From Vampirovibrionaceae bacterium NZW_1234 (GTDB taxonomy: Bacteria > Cyanobacteriota > Vampirovibrionia > Vampirovibrionales > JAGQHJ01), in NCBI GenBank assembly GCA_041697335.1, contig JBGUGD010000030.1, forward strand, positions 1-64,000: DNA of 64,000 nt, given 5' to 3'. The notes below the pieces were generated by a model. That model did not search any database and was not told the origin of the DNA. It saw nothing but the letters and a program-made list of their open reading frames with translations. The position numbers and the translations under genes were made by a program. Each line of letters begins with the position of its first letter. Position 1 is the stretch's first letter. Shown here one piece after another: positions 56,977-64,000 of the stretch.

Positions 56977-59900
56977 GGACAACCTCCGTTGATGTTGGGT
57001 TGATGAGGGCTTGAGGAGATGTTGCCTGCGGCATCAGCTGGCTCAGGACGTCAAAGTAGCGAGAGGGAACTTGTGCCTCTGGCTTTCCGTGCCAGTTTCT
57101 GGCTTCCATGGGATAGGATAAAAATAACCCTTTTCGGGCACGGGTAATACCGACATAGACCAAGCGGGCTTCTTCTTCGACTTTTTTGGTGATCTGTCCG
57201 GCTTTCAGGATCTCGGATGCGATGGGGGTGGCCTGATTCAGTTGCTGCAATTCGATGGCTAACTTGTCGCTTTCGCCCCATTGTACTGATTTCGTGAGAC
57301 TTGGAAAGGATTTTTCTGACATGCCAGGGATGAACACGAAGTCAAATTCCTGTCCTTTCGATTTATGGAGGGTCATGACCTGCACAAATTGGCCCTTGGC
57401 ATTGTCTGGAATGTCAGCGCCTTCCTGAACCACTTTAAACGGCAGGCGCTTTCGCTCCAGGCATTGCTGAAACTCCTGATTGACCCATTCCAACGGTGAT
57501 CGGTCTTCTAGACCTGCTTGGGCCAGTCGGTTCACCCAGTTCTGTGCTTTTAAGGCACACAAATAGCCAATGCTCCGATGGTGGGGTTGTATTAAAAAGC
57601 GGTCCGTTACTTTAACAATGAGGCTGCAAATGTCCTGGCCAAAGGTAAATCGCATCAGGTCATGCAAGTTGTAATACAACTGGAGTAATCCTTCATGAGC
57701 AATCTGGCTGGGGTTTTGATTGAGAAAAGCTACTGTCGAGAGAGTCAATGTCTCTGTTTGGGGGGCTGCTTCCAGACTGTCTTGCGGCAACGCCAGCAAT
57801 CCCATGTGATGGAGATGGTTGCACAGCTGTTGGAAAAGCTCTGGTTGGCTGGGGTCTTCTAAAACGTTTAACGTATATACGATAGCCAGAAAGGCAGGGT
57901 TTAAGTCGGGGGAGTCTGTATAGCTAATGGCTTTGATGCCATGTTCTTGCAGAAAGCGGGTATAGGCAAGGACATCACTATTATTTCTCAAAAGCAGGGC
58001 AATACTGTTTTTAGGATGGCTTTGCTGAAGATGGCCGATCTGGTGAAGCAAGCCTTCTTGTTCTTGTGGGCTTGTGGGATAGGCGTTGGCCTGAAGTGGT
58101 TCTAACAGGCCAGGATTCATCCCGCTGACAGGAACCATGGTGACCGGTTGAAAGGCGTTTTTAAGGACTTCATCGTGACATGCCCACTGAATAAAGCGGT
58201 TAGCAACGTCCATGACCTCAGGTGCACAACGGCCGCTATGATCCATGGTGACAACCAGGCCGTTCTGGTGACACTCTTGAATAAATCCCCGAAAGACGTC
58301 GGTATCGGCTGAGCTGAACGTGGTGGTAATGGATTGGTTGGTATCACCGGTCCGGATTAAATTGCCGTGTTTTGCCGAGAGCAGATGGATAAAACGTTGA
58401 AGGAGGTGTGATGAATCCTGAGCTTCGTCTTCGATGATGTAGTGAAAGCGCGCCTGGTATTTGGCAGCGATGTCCGGGTGGGTTTCCAGCAGGCCAATGG
58501 CGTTGAGGATCAGGTCCGTAAAGTCCAGCTTGCCTTGGCGGTGGAGAGTGGTTTGATAGGCTTCGTAGATGAGCATGAATTTCACCATCTTGCCGCCCCG
58601 GATGCCACGCTCCCAACTACGCTGTTTTAAGATTTCAGGCGTCAGACCCAGGGTCTTGGCCAGTTGAATGGCAGAAATAACGGCATCGAGTCGGCGAAAA
58701 TAAGGATTTTCATCGTTATCAATGGTGTTGACAATAGGTTGTAAGGTCTGTCGCATTTCGATGTCATCCATCACTTGGAGGTCATCGGTATTCAAGCCCA
58801 GGTACAAAGCATGATCGTCTTCGGTAATAATGCGAAAGGCCAAGCTGTGAATGGTACTAACCATGGGCAGGCAGGTGGCCTGATCTCCTAATTTGGCTTT
58901 TAGACGGCTGAGGAGGGTTTTGGCAGCACTGTCCATGTACGTCAAGACCAGAATACTGTCTGGAGAGATGTTTTGGGAAATTAGTTCGAGTAGAAGCTCG
59001 ACGTTCACAAAGGTTTTTCCCGCACCGGGCACGGCGGTAATGGCCATTTTGCCCTGGCGATAGTTTAAGATGGGTACTTGATCCGGACGAAGTTTGGCTC
59101 GGGCCATGGTGGGTCTGGCCATATCTTGAGGCAGCCAAAGCATCTGGTGACACTGGCCGGTGTGGGTGTTGCCTTCATCATCCAACTCACTGGCATACAG
59201 GAAGATGCATTCCAGGGTATAAAGTGCTAAGGTTCTGGTGATATGGCCTGCTCGGGTTCGTGTGAGGAGCTGATTAAAGGAGTCTGAAGCCTGATGCAGA
59301 TCCCCGGTCCAATTAGCCGAATGAACCCAAGCATTATAGAGGGGGGCATTGTCTGTGCGGGACCATTCTCGAGAGGAAACATCCAACCACAGGTGAATCC
59401 GGCGCTCAATTTCAAAGTCGATGATCTTTTGGGGCGTTCCGAGAACAATCGCATCCGGATCCACATCGGTGGGTTTGTTGGGGGTATCGGAGATGACCCC
59501 GGTCTTGGCATGCAGAAACCATTCTCGAGCCGCTTGAACCTCTGAACCGGCTTGAAGAGCCAAAACCTTTGCTAAATTTTGGATGTACAGCGACCGAATG
59601 AGTTGATGCATGTCAAGCATGCTGTCTTGGTCGGTCAGATATGGGCTTATGATTTCGCTAAAGGCGGAGTATAGCTGTTCCTCAAGTGACTCACCCTGCG
59701 CTTTGACCAGCCAATCCAAAAGCTGTTCGTATCGATCTTGGCCTTCAGCTGAAAAGACGTCTGAGTCCGGTAGACTCATGCTGTCGGATCTCAAGCGGTA
59801 GGCCTGCATGAAAGCATCCAGGCCAGTTGGATCCACCTTGTGAAGTTGCAGGCCATGGCGTAAAATGCCATGCATTTCGACCGCCGATAAGGGGAGTTGC

Positions 59901-61162
59901 CACGCTTGCCGATTAACGAGTTGTAAGAGGAGCAGCAGCGTGCGACATGCCGGATGGTCAGTAGGACGTTGTGTACCCGTTAGAATTTGCAGGGGGATTC
60001 CACGGCATTTTAGTTGCTGCTGGAGCTGAAGGCGTGCCAATGTGTCGACCTTGGGCATGACAATAATCAGATCCCCTGGTTTTAGAGAAGGTTTGTTGTG
60101 GGCCAGTGGCTCTTGTTGTAATAGGGCTACAATGTCTGAGACCACTTGAGCAATCATCTCCATGCGAGAAATCGGCTGCGGGCGCCATTGAACTTCCTGC
60201 TTCGGAGTGACGGGTAGGGGCTTTCGATCTTCGAGGCTCAGACCTTGAGTCCAGTTCTCAAGCAGGGTTGTGCCAATCGAATACAAGGCATCGGTGCGTT
60301 CCAGAGTGATGGTTTGAATATCGGGCTTTAAGGCTTTGAGGCCGGGCCAGTCATAGGGGTAGGCATTCAAATACCCGCGTCGGGTGCCGCCTTGAATATC
60401 TGCCGTAATGGCTAGGGTTTTAAGGTGGGGAGTGAGCCATTTAATGAACTGTTGTTGGGCTGGAATGGTTTCATCCACATCATCAACCACCAGGTGCTGA
60501 ATACGACCCTTAAAATGCTTCTGAATCCTTTCCTGGCTTTCGAGAAGCTTATGAAAGGCATCAATCTGCCGACTATTGTCGAGAACCCGATACAGGAGGC
60601 TCCACTGATCAAACAGCTTGATGACCTTATCGATATCGTCCAGGCATGGCTCACCAATCAGTTCCGAACGGCTTCGCATGTCTCGATCGGTTAACCGATT
60701 TTCCGAGCGCAGCCGAATTCGCCGGATGAGCTGGGTAATGAGGCTGTGTTCGGATCCTTGAAACTCCTGAAACGCCTCTGGATGAGCTGCTCGAAGACGT
60801 TGGATGATCTTTCGGATTAGGTATTCTGAGGCCTCAAAACCGGAGAGTTCTGGGAAAATTACCGGATGACCCGGCTTAGCGCTTTTCAGAATTACGGATT
60901 CCACGCATGGCCAATATAAAGCCAACGTGTTTCGGACCAAGGCTGAATAGGTGGTGACGGGCAATTGGGCAAATCCACCGGTCAGCTTGGATTGAAGTGC
61001 TTCTAAAAATCGGGACTTGCGATAATAATTGCTGCACAGGATTAAAATGCTATCCGTGGGGTAGGTGCCAAAGAGGGTCAGCGCTTTTTCAACTAATAGC
61101 CTTGTTTTTCCCGAACGGGCGGGACCTTCGATGGCGATGGAGTCAGACACAGATGGGGGCAT
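56966..61162 (-). CDS. UvrD/SF1A helicase fused to an N-terminal second, degenerate UvrD-like module
   Basis: N-half: GPARSGKT, LVVDDVDE. C-half from ~aa 690: LRPDQ, AVPGAGKT, STIHSL, DEAQD, GDTNQSI, TLHKSKGQEFD, EEARLVYVGITRA. Confidence 0.92.
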   Translation of the reverse strand: MPPSVSDSIAIEGPARSGKTRLLVEKALTLFGTYPTDSILILCSNYYRKSRFLEALQSKLTGGFAQLPVTTYSALVRNTLALYWPCVESVILKSAKPGHPVIFPELSGFEASEYLIRKIIQRLRAAHPEAFQEFQGSEHSLITQLIRRIRLRSENRLTDRDMRSRSELIGEPCLDDIDKVIKLFDQWSLLYRVLDNSRQIDAFHKLLESQERIQKHFKGRIQHLVVDDVDETIPAQQQFIKWLTPHLKTLAITADIQGGTRRGYLNAYPYDWPGLKALKPDIQTITLERTDALYSIGTTLLENWTQGLSLEDRKPLPVTPKQEVQWRPQPISRMEMIAQVVSDIVALLQQEPLAHNKPSLKPGDLIIVMPKVDTLARLQLQQQLKCRGIPLQILTGTQRPTDHPACRTLLLLLQLVNRQAWQLPLSAVEMHGILRHGLQLHKVDPTGLDAFMQAYRLRSDSMSLPDSDVFSAEGQDRYEQLLDWLVKAQGESLEEQLYSAFSEIISPYLTDQDSMLDMHQLIRSLYIQNLAKVLALQAGSEVQAAREWFLHAKTGVISDTPNKPTDVDPDAIVLGTPQKIIDFEIERRIHLWLDVSSREWSRTDNAPLYNAWVHSANWTGDLHQASDSFNQLLTRTRAGHITRTLALYTLECIFLYASELDDEGNTHTGQCHQMLWLPQDMARPTMARAKLRPDQVPILNYRQGKMAITAVPGAGKTFVNVELLLELISQNISPDSILVLTYMDSAAKTLLSRLKAKLGDQATCLPMVSTIHSLAFRIITEDDHALYLGLNTDDLQVMDDIEMRQTLQPIVNTIDNDENPYFRRLDAVISAIQLAKTLGLTPEILKQRSWERGIRGGKMVKFMLIYEAYQTTLHRQGKLDFTDLILNAIGLLETHPDIAAKYQARFHYIIEDEAQDSSHLLQRFIHLLSAKHGNLIRTGDTNQSITTTFSSADTDVFRGFIQECHQNGLVVTMDHSGRCAPEVMDVANRFIQWACHDEVLKNAFQPVTMVPVSGMNPGLLEPLQANAYPTSPQEQEGLLHQIGHLQQSHPKNSIALLLRNNSDVLAYTRFLQEHGIKAISYTDSPDLNPAFLAIVYTLNVLEDPSQPELFQQLCNHLHHMGLLALPQDSLEAAPQTETLTLSTVAFLNQNPSQIAHEGLLQLYYNLHDLMRFTFGQDICSLIVKVTDRFLIQPHHRSIGYLCALKAQNWVNRLAQAGLEDRSPLEWVNQEFQQCLERKRLPFKVVQEGADIPDNAKGQFVQVMTLHKSKGQEFDFVFIPGMSEKSFPSLTKSVQWGESDKLAIELQQLNQATPIASEILKAGQITKKVEEEARLVYVGITRARKGLFLSYPMEARNWHGKPEAQVPSRYFDVLSQLMPQATSPQALINPTSTEVVHAG

Positions 61163-61449
61163 GATAAAAGCCCTATGCTTGAGACTGCCTGACCATTATC
61201 TAACGGTGGCGGTTCAAAACAAAGGCCTTGGCCCGGATGATTTGTGGAAACCAATAACAAGATATTGCTTGTATATATTGTGTTTTGCTATGTTACAAAA
61301 TCAACGCGATGGCGCAATTGTAATGGTTTTGTTGTTTTTATTTTTTTGAAAATAAATACCCTTCGTGTGTCCATGTCAGCATTGAGAGAGTTAGGTGCCC
61401 AAGGCAACGGCTTTGCGTTGTTTCTGTGTGCCGAGAGGAGTTAATCGTC

Positions 61450-62058
61450 GTGGTTTTTGATCCCACAGGTATTGGCCAGTTTTTACCCTATTCAGGTTCC
61501 GGTCCCTCTTTGGCATCTGTTTTGGATGACCGAGCGAATGCACTCGCCTGGGGCTATCCTATTGGTGTGCCGTCTGCCATTACTAACCTCCTTATGCCGC
61601 AACAGTCTCCTTGGGGTGGGATAAATCCTGCTCTCATGTACGGGCAGCCTTTTGGGCAACCTTTTGGCCCCTTGTATTGGTCGCTTCCAGCATTTAATTC
61701 ACCCTATAGTTCGCCTTTTGGTCCTGGGATTCAATCTCCCTTTCCTTCGCCATATGGATTACCTTATGGCGCTTCCTATCCTGGCGCGCTAGGTTTACCC
61801 TATGGTGCCCAACTGCCTTGGGGGACAACACCTTCGTTGGGTTTACCCTATGGGGTTGCTATGGCAAGTCCCTATGGGCTTGGAGCTTCCGGGTTTGGTA
61901 ATGCCAATGGATTTCAGCCCATGAGCCCAGTCAGTGCACCCATGATGGGGGCGGCTCAATCGGGTGCGTTATTGAGTCCGTACGGATTGCCCAGTCAGGG
62001 TAATTTTACCGGAAGGCCACAAGTCAGGCCGACCTTAACCTACCCGGCTGGCTTCTAG
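61450..62058 (+). CDS. Low-complexity Pro/Gly/Tyr/Ser-rich hypothetical protein
   Basis: GAGGAG RBS and GTG start; 11 P[YFW]G motifs including 3x GLPYG; 3' end overlaps aroC by 24 bp. Confidence 0.7.
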   Translation: MVFDPTGIGQFLPYSGSGPSLASVLDDRANALAWGYPIGVPSAITNLLMPQQSPWGGINPALMYGQPFGQPFGPLYWSLPAFNSPYSSPFGPGIQSPFPSPYGLPYGASYPGALGLPYGAQLPWGTTPSLGLPYGVAMASPYGLGASGFGNANGFQPMSPVSAPMMGAAQSGALLSPYGLPSQGNFTGRPQVRPTLTYPAGF

Positions 62059-63210
62059 ACTTTGCGTAGCGTGAACGTGCGCCTGGATTTCCGATAGGGA
62101 ATCGCCACCATATTTGCGCAAAAATGCTTGGGCCAGAACAATGGCTAACATGGCTTCACAGACAACACCACAGGCCGGAACAGCAGTTACATCGGAACGT
62201 TCAAAATGCGCTTGTTCCGCTTCTCCGGTTTGGAGGTTGATGCTGGGCAAGGCTTTTCGCATGGTGCTGATGGGTTTCATAACCGCATGAACCACAACCG
62301 GCATACCATTGGTAACACCGCCTTCCAGGCCCCCAGCTCGATTGGTGGGGCGGGTAATCTGATCACCTTCCATGACAATGGCATCATGAAACTGGTCACC
62401 CGGGAGCCGGTCTCCAAGCTCTCCTAAACCGATAGACACGCTTTTAACAGCGGGTATGCTCATTATGGCTTGGGCTATTTGCCCATCCAGTTTATAGTCC
62501 CACTGGGTGTAACTGCCGAGACCCACCGGCACCCCTGTGGCAATCACTTCAATGCGTCCCCCCAGGGTAATGCCCTCTTTAAGGGCTGCGTCCACTTTGG
62601 CTTTCATAGCGGCTAGGGTTTCATCAGACCCGGCACAACGAAAATCATTGCTCTCGGCCCGGGTACGAATCGCCTCAAGATCTGGCGGTAAATCGGCTTC
62701 GTCCACACAAATGCCACCCATGACAATCACATGACTGAAAATGTGGATTCCGAAAGCTTTTAACAATGACTGTGCGAAGGCGCCTGCCGCCACACGGGCC
62801 GCTGTCTCTCGGGCGCTGGCCCGTTCCAGGACATCACGTAAATCCTGAAGCCCATACTTGACGTGCCCTGCCAAATCGGCATGGCCAGGTCGGGGCCGAT
62901 AAAAGGCCTTTTCATCGGCTGCTTCCGTGCGCTCGCCGCTGGTGGCCATAATGGTTTCCCAATTTCGAAAATCCCGGTTTTCAATCCATAAGGAGATGGG
63001 TGCTCCAGTAGTCTGGCCAAAGCGAACACCGTTTAAAATCTTGATTTTGTCTGTTTCAATAGACATCCGCCCCCCACGTCCATAGCCAATCTGCCGACGG
63101 GCCAACTGGTCATTGACAAAGCTTTCGTCAATGGGAATACCGGCAGGTAAGCCGTCCATAAACACAGAAAGCCCCTGACCATGGGACTCCCCGGACGTAA
63201 AAAAGCGCAT
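62035..63210 (-). CDS. aroC: Chorismate synthase
   Basis: TSGESHG, RRQIGYGRG, RPGHAD, ERASARET, GGLEGG, MKPIST, ERSD. Confidence 0.97.
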   Translation of the reverse strand: MRFFTSGESHGQGLSVFMDGLPAGIPIDESFVNDQLARRQIGYGRGGRMSIETDKIKILNGVRFGQTTGAPISLWIENRDFRNWETIMATSGERTEAADEKAFYRPRPGHADLAGHVKYGLQDLRDVLERASARETAARVAAGAFAQSLLKAFGIHIFSHVIVMGGICVDEADLPPDLEAIRTRAESNDFRCAGSDETLAAMKAKVDAALKEGITLGGRIEVIATGVPVGLGSYTQWDYKLDGQIAQAIMSIPAVKSVSIGLGELGDRLPGDQFHDAIVMEGDQITRPTNRAGGLEGGVTNGMPVVVHAVMKPISTMRKALPSINLQTGEAEQAHFERSDVTAVPACGVVCEAMLAIVLAQAFLRKYGGDSLSEIQAHVHATQSLEASRVG

Positions 63211-63247
63211 TGAGGGGCCTCAAAAATTAGTATGAACCAGTGTTAAA

Positions 63248-63439
63248 CTAGCTGGCGCGACGCACTTTGTTGGCACGAATGCACGATGTGCAAATACGCA
63301 TGCTCTTACGGGTTCCGTTAGGAAGCTCAACGTGGCATTTTTGCAGGTTGGGCTGTTGGAAGAACCGGTGGTGCTTGTTCGAGAAGCAGACTTTGTTAGA
63401 TTTATTGCGGCGTTTGCCACACATTTCACAGGTTGCCAT
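63248..63439 (-). CDS. rpmB: 50S ribosomal protein L28 (zinc-binding C+ form)
   Basis: CEMCGK...SN...R...PNLQ...ICTSCIR. Confidence 0.92.
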   Translation of the reverse strand: MATCEMCGKRRNKSNKVCFSNKHHRFFQQPNLQKCHVELPNGTRKSMRICTSCIRANKVRRAS

Positions 63440-63585
63440 GGACACATTCCTTTTCTGGGAGTGAATAGATAGAAAGTAAGGTTATTTAACCACTAAGATC
63501 GTCGCTTGGCAAGTGACGCCCATTTGCAAGACAAATGATAGGTTTGATATCCCAGGACCAGATGTTTTGCGTTTGTGTTTTTAGA

Positions 63586-63999
63586 TTATCGGCTTGGGTT
63601 CGGTGCGGCCAGATTCATCGGGTGCTGCGTCCCAGTAAAGATCAATTTTCCACCGGCGCTTGGAAACGGATTAGAAGAGGTAGGCTGGATTTTTTGACGA
63701 GCTTGCAATTTTTGGAATTCCCGCTCGGTGTACCATTGGTTGAACCACGTAATACCGTAGCCCAGAACGCCGATAGAGATAGCAAACGCAGCGGCGTCGC
63801 CCCAAACACGACTGTTTTTCGCATAGCGGGAAAACATTTCATTAAAGGGAGGCAGGGTTTGACTGAACCAGCTGGTCAGCTTTCCTAACAAACCCTTGCT
63901 TGCGGTCGTATTCCCGGCACCTAGGCTTTTTAGGTACTTGGCACGATCGGCATCAAGACGCTTTAGGAAACCAAAAGCCTGTTTGGCAATATCCTCTAG
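63586..63999 (-). CDS. C-terminal part of a hypothetical membrane protein (runs off the window)
   Basis: Frame stays open from the window end (LEDIAKQAFG...) through a hydrophobic helix AAAFAISIGVLGYGITWFNQWYT to the stop at 63586. Confidence 0.7.
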   Translation of the reverse strand, partial: LEDIAKQAFGFLKRLDADRAKYLKSLGAGNTTASKGLLGKLTSWFSQTLPPFNEMFSRYAKNSRVWGDAAAFAISIGVLGYGITWFNQWYTEREFQKLQARQKIQPTSSNPFPSAGGKLIFTGTQHPMNLAAPNPSR

Positions 64000-64000
64000 T

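Noticed and set aside
1..64000. HIP1 (GCGATCGC) over-representation typical of many oxygenic cyanobacteria
   Set aside because: Not noticeably frequent on reading; not formally counted.

Overview
A gene-dense chromosomal housekeeping window with no phage, IS transposase, integrase, CRISPR array or rRNA visible. ClpC has the cyanobacterial/plastid-type N-terminus, but there are no photosynthesis genes, and GcvP and serine dehydratase are both two-subunit. This suggests a non-photosynthetic Cyanobacteriota lineage (Vampirovibrionia/Melainabacteria), which is an inference only. Recognisable genes: clpC, an RluB-type pseudouridine synthase, nupC, an MFS transporter, tlyA, gcvT-H-PA-PB, oppBC-like permeases, sdaAB/AA, queA, era, class II RNR nrdJ, queF, smpB, a DUF1537 kinase with pdxA, ssb, murF-mraY-murD-ftsW-murG, tRNA-Gln(UUG), murI, an AMIN amidase, a PilT-family ATPase, serS, tatD, metG, mtaB, nth, aroC and rpmB. 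Most unusual items: (1) a ~100-nt candidate sRNA with a sigma28-like promoter, three anti-Shine-Dalgarno repeats and an intrinsic terminator, back-to-back with a second rod-shaped candidate RNA; (2) a single-chain double-UvrD helicase coupled to a stand-alone Fe-S PD-(D/E)XK nuclease, i.e. a rearranged AddAB/AdnAB-like machine; (3) a Zn-ribbon / prion-like QGGYGPPR-repeat / tandem-HTH-like protein; (4) a MazG-like protein lacking catalytic acids and carrying a beta-clamp-type motif (QLNLF); (5) a ~206-bp nested palindromic element at the window edge. All calls come from motif reading by eye; no searches were run.
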